Of a DNA stretch of 64,000 bases, positions 49,508 through 62,959 are shown piece by piece (the stretch's first letter is position 1; each line of letters starts with the position of its first letter). The DNA comes from Parasitella parasitica NRRL 2501 (taxonomy: Eukaryota > Fungi > Mucoromycota). The position numbers and the translations under genes are program-made. The notes under the pieces were generated by a model. That model searched no databases, was not told where the DNA came from, and saw only the letters and a program-made list of their open reading frames with translations. The DNA lies in the NCBI GenBank assembly GCA_025201805.1, contig MU619282.1, positions 132,726 through 196,725 on the forward strand, given 5' to 3'.

Positions 49508-49655
49508 TCCTATGCCACCTTTCTTTAGCTATACGCCTCAATCTATGCCACCCTCCTTAAACTATATGCCTCAATATGTGCCATCTTCTTTTTAACCTAC
49601 GCCTTAATCCATGCCAAAATTCAATTATATGTCACAATCTCAACATATGCCACCA
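49508..49655. repeat. Degenerate about 33-bp tandem repeat
   Basis: Recurrent TATGCCACC..C.TTA.CTATA.GCCTCAAT units. Confidence 0.75.
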
Positions 49656-50998
49656 CTTACAACTCAAAATTTGCAATCAAGTTCATCTGGCTCAGCTGAC
49701 AGCAATATAAGAGCAAGAAGAACCTGCCAAAATTGTTGAATGCAAGATTGTCCTGGCGCTTCGCCTAGAAAATTTTATGTCAACACATTATATGAATAAA
49801 CTTAGTAGTAATTATGTTTTCTTGAGTCATATAAAACGAAAAGCTCAATTGGCAGGTGGTAGATCAAAGAAGATCAGAGTAGATTAGGACAAAGCTCTTA
49901 AAATTGACATATTTGATCACTTCAGGATGATTGCAAAGCTTCGATACTAAGGTGCAATAAAATCTAGTAGCCGTTTATTTTGATGCAAATTGAAGCTTTC
50001 TTCATAATGACAACGTTTTAAGTAGTGAGCGAATAGGCTTGCTTTTCGTAAATCATGCGAAAGAGGAGAATTTATTGTAAATTTCTCAATTTCTGCAAGG
50101 GTTTGATTCAAAGTAATTCAAAATGCTTCAGGAGATGTCTATTGGCGAGTGTACCTCAAACAAGTGAAAAAATTCATGAGGAAAGCTAGAGGCTCTACTT
50201 ATTAAAAAATTAATTCTGAACTCTAGATATGGTTAGAGCCATATAGAGGAGTCCTCAAGTAGATTGCAGTCCTCATTAAAACAAACTGGCTTTATAGGCT
50301 TCACTACAAGGCCGGCCTTACAAGAAGCTTGTAGAACATTCACCTCTGCAAAAAAAAAAAAAAATGAACAACCAAGACTCACCGAGCTTAATAGATGCAT
50401 CTTTTGATGTAAATGAAAACAGCGTATACCAAGGGAGAATATAAGGGTAGTAACTAAGAAAAGCCACGTGTGGTGTTCAAATCAAACCTTTTTTCCCAAA
50501 TGAACCGCCCCCAAGCTCTCAATTCCACGAACGGTAGTGGCATCTTATTTGAAAAACTCAATGAAGTAGATAGACATGACAAATTGAAATCCGGCGTAAT
50601 CGACAACGCTGAAGAAAGGCAGAACGAAAAATGCCAATGAGGCGACAACAAAAGGATAGAGTGACAAGAAAGTTGAGGCCAAGAAGCGCTATCGACATTT
50701 AATTGCCTAAAAGGCCAAATCAGCACCCTCGCTACATCTGTCTCTCATCGCAAGCCCGCTAGCATGATCTTATTCATTGGACACAAGCCTAAAGTCAAAT
50801 GTTTCAATATTAAAACGAACAATCAAGCGCAAAGTGCTAATACAAACAGCAGTGTGATGTAGTTTTCATTTTTAGATATTCTGGTAGTGATATATGTTTT
50901 TACTTATTGATGAACATTGCTGTGGTGGTGAGATGATTGTTTTCTATTTACATTTGTAATATACAACTTTTACTAGTACATACGTGCATGTCTATTGT

Positions 50999-52773
50999 CT
51001 AACACAAGAATGATTTATACACCACATTATCAGTCTCTTCTATGTGTTGATAACCAAGTTTGACCAGTCGGGCCAAATATGCATCAAAGTCGGTGGAATC
51101 TTCAGGAGGTACCTGGACGCCCAAAAACACTTTACCCATGTCATCACCATGATTACGATAATGAAACAATGATACGTTCCAAGTAGGATCTAGTCCTTCC
51201 AGGAATCGGATCAATGCGCCAGGACGCTCAGGGAATATAAATCGGAACACACGTTCATTGACAGGTCTACTGCCACCCACCATGTAGCGAGCGTGGCATT
51301 TAGCCAACTCGTTATCACTGACATCAATGCCCCGGAAGCCTTCCTTATGCCAGCCTTCCAAAATCTCCTTGACTTCGCTATCCAAATCTTTGACCTTGAA
51401 TGATATGTAAATTTGAGCCTCATCAGGATCTGAGTAACGATAAGAAAACTCGGTGACAGCTCGGGGTTCCACCTGGTAGATCATTTTCATAAAACTTCCT
51501 GGTCTCTCGGGAATTATAACTGTGCAGAAAGCCTCTGTCTTTTCACCCAATTCGGCTCTTTCAGCAATAAATCGAAGACGATCAAAATTGACATTAGCAC
51601 CGGAAACAATGGCGATGTGGACCTCGTCTTTAGTTTCGGGATGCAGGTGAAGATATTTTTTGATAGCCGCTAGCGAAAGAGCGCCAGTAGGTTCACAGAC
51701 CGAGCGAGTATCTGTTGTAATTTGAGAGAGTTCGAGTCAAAACTAGCAAAATTGGAAAATTCCATTTCGACATACCTTCAAATACATCCTTGATAGCAGC
51801 GCATACTTCATCACTGTTTACAAGCACAACGTCATCAATGAGGCTAGTTACGAGTCGATAGGTCTCCTCTCCAACCAGACGAACAGCAGCGCCATCAGCA
51901 AACAAGCCCACCTCCTTGAGTAACACACGATCTCCTGCTTTTAAGCTTTGATTCATGGCACAAGCATCATGTGTCTCAACACCAATGATTTTAATATGAG
52001 GAGCGATGCGTTTCACATAGCTGCCAACACCAGCAACCAAACCTCCTCCCCCGATGGGGATGAAAATCGTAGAGATTTTGCTCAGATCATGCTGTCTCAG
52101 GATTTCCATACCAATGGTGCCTTGACCAGCAATGACATAGGGATCATCAAAGGGCGGAATATCCAAGAGTCCCTCCTCGGCTGTCAATCTAGCGCACTCT
52201 TTCTTGGCCTCATCAAAATCGTTGCCGTGCAAAACGACTTCAGCACCGAGTCTTGCCACATTGCGCCACTGGAAAATGTAAAGCGAATAAGATTTCGTGG
52301 TGTGCAATATTCTACTCGACTTACCTTGATCGCAGGAGTGGGTACAGGCATGACAATCTTGGCCTTAATACCCAGCTTTTGGGCCGAGATGGCGACACCT
52401 TGAGCATGATTACCTACCGACTATAGTGTGAGTTTCCTTTGCACTTTGGCTCGAGTTTTTTAAAACTATATATATATTTACCAGCAGAGCAAGCAATAAC
52501 GCCCCTCTTTTTTTCCTCGTCAGTCAAATGAGCCAAACGGTTGTAGGCACCACGAATCTTGAAGGAAAAGACAGGGTGCAGATCCTCGCGCTTGAGGTAG
52601 ATTTTGGAGCCAAGTTTTGCATTGAGGTTGACAGCTTCTTGGAGTGGAGTTTCTTTGACAATGTCATAGACACGAGCTGTCAAAATCATGCGTAAATAGT
52701 CGGGATGCTCAGGAGCATGAGGTTGATTTTGCGTGCTGGCAGGGCCAGAAGGGGGACGAGTCGAGTTTTCCAT
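50999..52773 (-). CDS. ILV1: Biosynthetic threonine dehydratase
   Basis: [17 protein letters not shown] (PLP lysine), [25 protein letters not shown] and two ACT-like repeats (IPERPG, FPERPG). Three introns. Confidence 0.96.
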
Positions 52774-53036
52774 CTATGAGGACAGAGCGAACGAAAGAAA
52801 AGGACGCTGGTTCTCTTTTTTCCATCTTGTTCTTTTATGTAAAAACTGCGTTTTGAATCATCCAAAGTAATTGGCTGCATCGTTTGTATTCTTTATTCCA
52901 AATGACTCAGTAAAATCCAGTTACTTTTATTGGTTACAGATGTTTAAAAGGAATGGAAGGTATATATGTGTTGTATGTATAATTTTTAGGTGTTATGAGT
53001 CAATCATTTTATACAGTTTTGTATTATTATCATAGG

Positions 53037-54209
53037 CTATGCAGTGACCTGAGGCTTCAAAGTATTAGCAGGCTTAGTCTTGCGTTTCCATTCTACTACA
53101 ACGGGCGATGCATCAGGCCTCTGGATTTTAGGTGCAGCAGCAATTGACTCAATCATATTGTTGCTCGATGCCGCGCTGTTGAGGTGGATTTCAAATCTAC
53201 CCTTTTTGATGTATGTGTCTTGGTTTAGAGCCATGTTGTATTGGCTGTTGCGTTTAAGTTCGTGTAAAATTGGCGGTGGTTCTATGCTTGTGCTAATGAA
53301 TGTGTTTGTTTTCTGTATGAGTTCTTGTGATAGTGGCGGCAGTGGTGGGCTTTCGCCAGGTCGTTGCCAGAAATCCTGGTCCCAGATTTGCGGGTCTTGC
53401 TCCACCATACTAGAATACTCGGCTGCATCTTTATCTAGGTCTTGGTCGTCGTCCATCAGGATTTCGCTCTTGTTGTATATGCTGGTGTTTGTTCTGCACG
53501 GCGTGATGACTAGCGAGGGTATGTCGTTCTCTTCATCGCCACAAAATGCGCATATCTTCTTTTTCAAGAGCGAGCCTTCGCTGTCGTTTTCAAAATCATG
53601 GTCGTCATCTTCAGATAGAATTCTAATACCTGCGATGTCTGCAAATTCTTTGGCGGTCAAGTCTTCTGAATTCACAGTAATGTTGGACGCAGATATACAG
53701 GAAACATGTGAGTAGTGTCGAACGTGGTGTGCTTTTTTCCTCCTTGTTGTCGTGATGGCGGACTGCGTGCTCTGCGTGTGTCTGTGATGGTATCTTTGTT
53801 GATGCGGTTTTGTGTTGAACAATGAGGCATTGGGTGATTTGTGTTTCATCAGAATGCCAGTGCTTCCTTGTGTCGTTTTGGGCGACGGTGACACATGCTC
53901 GTCATGTAGTGTACTTGCATTGTTTGTCTTTTTTTGCTGGTTGTATCTGTGTTGCTCAAACCATGCATCATTAGCGAATGGATGCTGCTGGTCATCCTGC
54001 TCATCTGAGGGCCGAAAATAATCGATTATTGCGCTGAGAGACGATCGCCGATTGACATTTTCCACAGTGCTAAACGGCTTTCTTTTTTTATTGCTGTAAA
54101 ACGAATTAGCGAGCCTGCTGAAGATTGCATTCAGCTTGGATTCTTTTTTAGCTGAAGCACTTGCAGAACGATCTCTCTTTAGCGAAAGAGCAGAAAACGA
54201 ATTTGTCAT
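53037..54209 (-). CDS. Hypothetical, largely disordered protein
   Basis: 390-aa single-exon ORF from MTNSFSALS with short ordered motifs (SEDLTAKEFADIAGIRIL, IWDQDFW, IKKGRFEI). TATATAAAA upstream. Confidence 0.75.
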   Translation of the reverse strand: MTNSFSALSLKRDRSASASAKKESKLNAIFSRLANSFYSNKKRKPFSTVENVNRRSSLSAIIDYFRPSDEQDDQQHPFANDAWFEQHRYNQQKKTNNASTLHDEHVSPSPKTTQGSTGILMKHKSPNASLFNTKPHQQRYHHRHTQSTQSAITTTRRKKAHHVRHYSHVSCISASNITVNSEDLTAKEFADIAGIRILSEDDDHDFENDSEGSLLKKKICAFCGDEENDIPSLVITPCRTNTSIYNKSEILMDDDQDLDKDAAEYSSMVEQDPQIWDQDFWQRPGESPPLPPLSQELIQKTNTFISTSIEPPPILHELKRNSQYNMALNQDTYIKKGRFEIHLNSAASSNNMIESIAAAPKIQRPDASPVVVEWKRKTKPANTLKPQVTA

Positions 54210-56307
54210 GAAAGGAAATGAGTGGAGAGTGAGGACGAGAGATGAATGGAGGAAAGTAAACAAAAAAAAAAAAGAAGCGAAAAGCTGAAAAAGGAGAGAG
54301 ATACACTGCCTTTTTATATAAGGAGAAGAAGAGGAGAAAAGGATGCGATAAAGAATATGCAGAAAAAGACTATTTTACAAGACAAAAACATCCAACATGT
54401 TTGTTATTTATTGACAATGATGATAAAATTAGCTTGACTGCTGGGGATATATACAGGCGTTTGCACCTGTATTTATAACACACACTGTAAGAAGATGTAT
54501 CACGTTTGCACAAGCTCCCAGCAGAGACAATTGCCGCATGATAGCATCTTTTAATCATAAACCTGGGCTTTCATACCTTGTCTATTTTAGTGAGTTATTC
54601 ATGCAACTCGTTTTTTTGTATTGTGTATATATGGATACTATAAGGGGATCAGATAATAAAGGGGGAAAATAGTCCATAATAATCATACGAAATGATGGAT
54701 CAGCAATAAAAGGAAATAATTTCATATAGAAACAACAATTATTATGCATTTCGATAAAGAAATCAAAAGGGAAAGGTCTAGGTCTATGTGGGTTTAATCA
54801 ACATGTCAGAATGAGACCCTTTCCCTTCATGGCTAATGGATGCTTGACCCCCTTTTATGTTATACAGTATAACGTGCTCTTTATTGTATTTTATTCTTTT
54901 TTTATCTATCATGTAGCATAAATAAATAACACTTATGCATGTAAAATGCTTCCAATTACTAGATCTAGCCATCATCGTGCTTATACGTCAAGGTAATCAT
55001 ACTGTAACGGTATACGTTATCCTTGATCAATCACATGTAAGGATAAAAAGACCATTACATGTATATTGCCATTACTACTGTTGCTGCCGTCTGTTGGTTA
55101 AACGGACACACAAGAACTTTATCTCCCAGAGCAAACTTGAATATCTGTAAATTATCAGATTCTCCTCATTGTGTCATTTAGAATAATACACGCTCTCATC
55201 GTCTAATAGAATTTGAGGAGACATTATCGTCTATATTATGATTTAATATAATAGTCAGAGCCTATATATTTGTGTATAAAAATATCAGTTGTTATACATA
55301 CATCGGAATCTTTTGCTTCCCTTACATTGCATTTCAAATTATACGCCCTAGAACCATGCAGATTTGTATAATACAGCTCGCATGTGAAATCAAGTAAACA
55401 TGACAGCAGCAAGATGATCTAAACTAATGAATGTCATCTGTTGTGCTCTCATTTTTTAACTTTGCTATATATACTTTCAGTTGCAATATTAAGATCTATT
55501 CTTGGAAATTCAAGTATTTACCATCATCTAACATTACCCGGTAAAACGCAAAGTTAGTTCCTTCTTTCAGACACACATATGTATGCATACCGGGCTTCCG
55601 CGAGATAACACATTTGTGTATACCTGAGCAGCAATGAAAGCCATCCATTTTCATGCACTGTATCTGTATGTTCTAGGTTTCATCATCTTCATCCCTTCTG
55701 TTGAAAGTGCCGAAACCAAAAAAAAATGTAGTGTACGTCGCTACCTTTAAAATCAAAAGGACAAGGCACAGCACCGGTATGTATACGTTTTATGGCAAAT
55801 ACATGGATTTTTTTTTTTTGTAAAAACCATTAGTTACAATGAAGGATCAAACAGCCACGTACAAGGTGGACTCATTATTTCATTTGAATTCTATATTTTA
55901 CATTTATTGTTGAGCTGTATCTTTATTTTTTTTATTAACAATGACAGTATGTAGGAACGGTGTATAGCGGCTGCTATAACAATGAATATTTCATTAAACT
56001 AGACCTAGTTGAAAATATACGGGGAAAGTCGTTAGCATATCAATGCTTGGCATTGTTTTATTTTATTTTTTTATTTATGTATTTGAAACCAGCACTGTAT
56101 ACCAACGTTACATGACAAAGGCTCGTCTAGTTTACTGTTTCATCTAAAATTGTTGATTGATTGAACCCAGAAAAAAAAAAAAAATGCATCATATATATTT
56201 TGTATAGGTAAAAGGAACAGAAAAAGAGAGTTTTTGTATGGAAATAATAAGGAAGAGAAATGCTGGAAAATTATAAAACTACATTACAGAGGTTATTTTG
56301 TTTGAAT

Positions 56308-57645
56308 TTATTTCTTGCTCTTGTGGTTGGGCGCACTGGGTTTTGTCACCTTGCCACCTTTACTGCGCTTGCCACCTTCAAAGCCAGGACGAGCCTTCTT
56401 GGCAGCGGGCTTGACCTTGATGCCTCTCTTCTTGTTCTTCTTTTCCTCGATCTTTGCTCGAATATTCTCTTCTCTCTTTTTGATCAACTTCTTTTCGTCA
56501 TATTTGACCTTCTCAATACGCTTGTTCCACTCTTGACCACTCTTTGTCTTGAGCTTCTCCTGTCTCTTGATTGTCTTTTTTAGTAATTTAGCATCGTCCT
56601 TGGGTTTTTCACCGGTAGCCAAGGCAATAACTTTGTTCCACTCTTCTTTTTCAATCATTTCTTCTGCTTTGGACTTGTTTTCTTCCTTTAGTTTGTCAAT
56701 CTTTTCTTTCTTTGCTTCGAGCATCTTTAATTGCGTCTTGGCATCAGAAGGCCCTTTCTTTTTCTTTTGATCCTTGGAGCCACCAACTGCAAGCTTACCA
56801 AAGAACACATCGCCGTCCATCTTGATAGAATCGGCAGAGGGGCGAGTTTTGTCATGAGAGGCCTGCACGCAACACTACATTAACAACAAAGATGCTACAA
56901 AATACTTGACACGCTACCTTTATATTGTCAAACTTGACGAGCTCTTCAGAAGCTGCTTTGCCGCCCTTCTCCTTCTGTGCCTTTATCGCCTTCTTCCTAT
57001 CTTCTTTTTTTTTGTTTCTTGCCACCAATATGTCTTCGCGGCTTCTAGGGTTGGCAGTGTTTGCACCAGGAGCATTTCGCTTTTGACGCAGCTGGCTAAT
57101 ACGTTCATGGAGGCGATTACGAAGCTGAGCAATGTCACTCTTTTCCATTGGCTGAAGATTGACTAGTAAACATGTTAAAAAGCAATTCAACACTATCGCT
57201 CTTGTAACATCTTACCAGGCTCTTGCAGAGTTGTTGAGTCAGTAGTGACGGATTCGCTATCATCGAGCTCACTGAAAGTACCAGAGTCAACATCCATCTT
57301 TTCAGTTTCTTCCTGCTTATCGCCATCCTCGTTATCGTCATCCTCATCAGCAGATTCGGCATCGGATTGGTCTTGTGCAAGCTGCTTTGCTCTCTCTTCT
57401 TGGACTTCTGTTATCGACTTGGCATTGCTAGGATCAAGTTTCGCTTTCTTTGCCTTCCTGGTGGCCTCTTTAATGGCTTGCTTGGGCGCCTTCTTACGTT
57501 TATTATATTGAAATTTGCCGTTAGCTTCTTCAGCCTTGTCCATGACATAGAACTTTGCGGGTATAAGCTTCAATAAATCGTCGAAAATCTGGACATCGTG
57601 CATAAGACGTTCAGACAGAGTGTCAGCTATGTGATTCTGTACCAT
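56308..57645 (-). CDS. RRP14: Ribosome biogenesis protein Rrp14/SURF6
   Basis: FDDLLKLIPAKFY, KKAKLDP, LRNRLHERI, GEKPKDDAKLLKK, EWNKR, RPGFEG. Two introns. Confidence 0.92.
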
Positions 57646-59477
57646 TTTATTGATGGAATGAACTAAAAAAATTTGTGCAAAATGTTGGATGTCAATGATG
57701 AAAAAAAGTTTTGTGGCTGACTGTGGTCACAATTGTGACCATGATGCCTGTCTGTTTGAATCCATGGTGCATCCCGTTGCTTGGTTACATGCACTATCAG
57801 TCTTTGATGATCTGATGATTACAATTACAGACAAAACAGCATATACCGTGATAATGATTAAGTCATAAATCAGATTAAAAATAGCTCTTTGGATGGCAAT
57901 GCTGTATGCTCGTTACTATTCTCAATTTACTACTCGATGCAATTAGCTCCTCCTCAGCATCAAAACAAAGCTTTTATAGAGGTATACAGCTGCTAGGAAA
58001 CTTTTCAAAAGTGTATATAAACTCACAAAATCATGAAATTTACAATAAATTCTGCACAAAACTCAAGGTTATGAGCCATATTTGTACTCTGACATTGCCA
58101 TCCGTCACTGTTAAGTAGCATAATCCCGCACAAATCAAGCATATTTCTGTTGAACCAAATGCTCGAACCGCGGTACCATGAGGCTCCTTCCATCGTTATC
58201 TAATGCCACATGAACTAAACAAAATTGTAAAATAAAGCGCATATTTCTGAGCTGATTCTATTTATTGCTGTATTAAAGAGGCAAAAGAAATTCGCACAAC
58301 ACCCCGTTCGGTGAATTTGCGAATTCCAAGACAATTGGAAAAATATTGTGTATTCTGCAATGATCCATAATCTAGAATGATCTCGTAAAAAGTAGGCTTA
58401 GGTTTTCCAGATACCTTTTGAAATATCGTAGTATGATTTCTATGCACTGAGTAGTGGATCACAGAATCTCTAAAGCGAAACATTGGTAGCAGGTTGCAAG
58501 TGAACGGAGTTTAATTCTTGAAAGTGCTTTTTTTTGCTCCACAATAAAGCGAAAATTTCAGTGTTCCAATACACAAAAACTCGCATATTAAGGGTGGTTG
58601 GTGTATTAAGTGTTCCCCAATTAAAATTGAATTCTTCGTTTAATCATGTATTTTTTGACTAACTTTTGTAAGAAAATATGTTTGTAAGCTTGAAAAACTT
58701 AAAACCGCTGTTTTTGGATAAAAAACACGTCTGAAGGAATAAAATAAAGTAGTAGTCATTAGAATTATTTATGAATAATTTGCGGCTACAAATTGCGGTA
58801 TTATATGCCATTATAGCTATATTTTTCGTGGAGATATTCAACTTTAAAGACCAAATTTGGACATTTCGGAAAATCGAGGACCACCAAGTATAGGCCAAAA
58901 CGGAAGTGGATCAAACCATTTCATTTGATCTCACTTTTCTCTGCCAAAAATTGGTATTTTTTTAAACTGTAAAATGGAATAGATAGGCGTCATTAAGGGT
59001 CATTAAATGAGACAGAAATATATGGCTTCACTCTATCCATTGATTTTTACGTTACAAAAAACATGAAAAAATACAGAAATTTTTTTTTCTTTGATACTCC
59101 AACATGTTGTAGAGTATTCAAAAAAAAGCTTTTTTCATTACAGCTAAACAGCTGTAGCTTGCTTTCTTGTTAAGATATTACTCTTCAAAGTTGGAAATTT
59201 TGCAGTGTAAATAAAACTCAGCAAAAACTAACAAAGTGCTTGTAAGAAGCAATGTATTGAAAGTCAATTCCTATAGATATCTGTATCCTACGTGTATACG
59301 CTTGAATGTAGTGGCTGTTACAAATTGGAACTCATAGAAATATATGCATACAATGCAAACGCAATCCAGCTTCCTTATTTTACAATACAACTTGTTCGAA
59401 TATTAAAAACAAATGAGAAAACAGGATGTGTCGCATACGGTATTATTAGGAAAAACAAGGGGGTTATGTTTATAGGG

Positions 59478-61975
59478 TTATAATGTTACAGGTGGTTGTT
59501 CTTGCTGTTGCTTGTCCAATTTATCCATCCATTCTTCTGGTATTATTGGTATCATAGAGTGTGAGTTGGTATTATTTTCTTGATTCGGTGAAGATGACGC
59601 TTTGAAATCCCAATGCGATGAAGTCATGTGAGCAGTCTTTGGAATAGAGAATGGCAGCATGAATCTAGTGTCTTTAGTTTCGTGAACGTCCACTTCTTGC
59701 TCATCGTCATTTCTATGCAATGTTGTTTGCTCATTATTGGCTTTGAAGGTTATTGGCGGCAGCTCTTCAGATATCGGTGTAGAAGGGCCACTTTTGCTGA
59801 GGCCAAGGAACTGAGTCATACTTTGACGCTTGGACATCTTTTGACTTTGAGTGCGTAACAACGGAGTTGCTCTTGCTTTGTCCACAAACAGTTTCTTTTG
59901 CTTATGTCTCACGGTATCTTCAGCACATTGCATAGCATATTTTTCAATCTCTTCAGGAATGCGTCGTTCATTCACCTCGTATCGATACGAGGTCACACAT
60001 CTTTTCACTTGAGATGCATTTAGCGCATCAAACTTTTTACTTGTATTAATAAAATCAACGAGATCTTCTAGTTGACTGAGACACTGCAGCAGCTGAAGTA
60101 GTTGGATGGTAGGGTTAAGATAGCCAAGCAGATGATTCGGGAGCCGTTTGACAGATACCCAATCCTCCAAATGTGAAAAATTTATGCGCACCTGCATTGC
60201 TTTTGAACGGCACAGCAGCTTTTTGTTTGTAAGTATACGGTTGAAGAGCTCACACGACATGTAGTGAAAGAATTGGGCCATTGCTTGGACGGTAATAATG
60301 GGATGAACATTGTAGGATTGTAGCACAAATAAGGTTGATGACAATAAGCTTGTAATCGATTGAGGTGTTACTGCGGAGATCGGAGCACTGTCGCAACCAT
60401 CCGCTGGTGGTACAACGACTGAGCGCCTTGCGTTTTTGCGAAAGAAACGGTGCCAGTCATCTTTAAAGTCTACTTGATTGATGCCCGAGATTTCTTCGTG
60501 GTCCAACATAGCGAGACACAGTATTTTGGATAATCTCTTTGTTGTGTCTTGAATGATGAGGTTGTAAGTTTCAGATATCAGTTCAGATATGCACAGCTGC
60601 TGTTCGGCGGTGACTACGACAAGCCCAGTATCTTTTTTGAGGTAAAATAGTAATTGCATTAAATTAGTGATCCAGAAGGCTAAGACGTGAACATTTTGAG
60701 CATTTGTCTGATAAGCTGATTAATGACGATACAGATACAATGCATTGTGCAATTTGTTATTACCTTGATTGCCTTGCGAATTCTATTTAATGCACCTTCC
60801 AGCACCTGCTCCAGGAGCTCAGAGCTCGAAAAGTAATGTGCAAAGCGTGCACAGAGAAAGACGATGTTTGTTGCAACGCATATGTCTCGCTGCTTTGCTA
60901 AGGGGAGCTGGATATGTGTGATTACTGTGTCTAGGATGTAGTCCAAATCATTCGAGTTGAACACAAACATTTGATCATGAGAGCACCTGTCCCATTGGAA
61001 GTGAGTCTCGTCAACCTTTCCATTCTCGTCCTCCTCGCTTTCATCTGCAGAATTTTGCTCCGAGTCGTCAAAATCAAGTTGCATGGTAGACTCGAATAGC
61101 CTTTGTCGCAATTCGGCCTCTTCAGACATAAAGTTATTAAATCCCTCAGCTGTAGACTGGTAGTAAAAATCATTTTCTGTACTCGATGTCGACGAAGAAG
61201 CGCTACTTGTTCTATAAAATAAACTGGATGTGGAAGATACACTATCGCGAGGGTTTGTTGCCAATATCTCGATGATTTTCTGGTTATCCGTGTTGATAAA
61301 ATCAAACACTGTTCTTCCTTTGGCTGACTTTGTTTGCGACGACGCACCATGTTCTAGCAGAATCTTGACTAGAGTTTCATGGCTATTGTTTGTAGCCCAC
61401 ATTAGAGCTGACCAGCCAACTAAAATACAGTAATTAATGTTTGTGCAACATAAGTTATAGTGACAAAATAAAAATAAAAAACAAGGAGGAATTAAAAACT
61501 TACAACTATCTTGAGCATCAATCTGAGCTCCTGCCTCTATCAAGATTTTAGCAATTTCAGTTTTACCAAAGCAGGCAGCATATATCAGCGGCGGCGTGCC
61601 GTCTTTGTCTCTGGCATTTATATTGATATGCTGCTTTATGCTTGCATCAGACAACATTTCCTTGACTTTAGTTACATCGCCGTTAGAAGCAGCACGAGTG
61701 AATAATGAAGTCCATTTCTTGGTTTCCTCGCTGGTTTCCTCTTGCTCGACTTGGAAATCTTCGTCCAAAGAATGAGAACTGGATGTGGATGCTGTCGAGC
61801 TCAGGATTTCTGATATCTGTCGGTTGCTTTCTGCAAGGCGTTGAGACATTTCGTCAAAAGACATGTTTTCATACTTTCTCTTCAGCACATCATGATCGTC
61901 TTCGTATTCTTCTTTTATTTGTGGTAATTCTGTTGGATTTGATTGAAGAAGCGTGTCGCTATAACTGGTGGTCAT
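59478..61975 (-). CDS. Ankyrin-repeat and DIL (dilute) domain protein
   Basis: Ankyrin repeats (GTPPLIYAACFG, GWSALMWA) and a DIL domain (QFFHYMSCELFNRIL...CRSKAMQVRINFSHLEDW...QLLQLLQ). Two introns. Confidence 0.88.
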
Positions 61976-62959
61976 ATCGTTATTAAAGAAAAAATCAAAA
62001 GAGTAGAAAGAAAATAGAGAGAGAGAGAGAGAGAGAGATTTATTTTTGGATTGATAGTTTTGAGCCTTTTTCATCCCCAATTTTCGTAAGCTAAAAACAG
62101 AAAGTCGTTTTGTTAGCGGAATTGAAACGATTACATACAGGAGCTGAATAGCTGCTGATGGAGACGTCTAGGAAAGACACTAAGAGTACCAGCGGCTTGA
62201 GCCTTGCTGCATGAAAATATAGGTTTATTCTGCTGCAGCTATTATCGTTCTTTAACGATTTAGAAAGACTACATGAATCTGCGAGGATGGAGTAGAGTGA
62301 GAAGCTACTCTACCCTCGCTCATTCGGTTGGAATCCAATGTATATTACGAGACATTATATATATAGACGGCTGCAAAATTGATGCCATTCTGAGCTTTTA
62401 CTTGTGATTTATACATATATGCAGAATTGAGTCCATTCAAGCTTATGGGATGAGAGAATCTTGAAAGGGCATTTCAAAATATTAGAAAAGAGGGCATGAA
62501 AAAAAATAAGGCATAGTTTTCTTGAGGTACGCAATGAGAGATACTAATGATGAAAGTACACCCCTCTCGCCAAAAGATTTTTTTCTCAAAAAAGCTGGCT
62601 ATCGATGGTTGCTTATTACTTGTCTTGTGCATATTATTTGACTTTCGTAGACTCTTTGCAGATTGATTCTTTGAATTGATGCACATTTGCTAAACTAAAA
62701 GAGGCTTTATCAATGTAGCAATAAAAACTTTATTGTCATTTTATACAAAATCTTGTTTTTACAAGTCAAGAACACATCCAAGGAAAGTAGATAAAAAGGT
62801 TAAAAGCGGAAGAGGTTGTCCATCTGCAGAATAAACAGGGATCTCAATTGGGCATCCCCGAGTTTTACAGCGACGCTATATATTATAACACGAGGTTCTC
62901 CCCTTTTTTTTTATTTTTATTTTTCTCTTTTTTTTTTCCTAACAAACTTCATTATACAA

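Noticed and set aside
57900-59300. Possible TE remnant or short ORFs between RRP14 and the ANK-DIL gene
   Set aside because: No recognisable protein motif, TIR or repeat that I could support.
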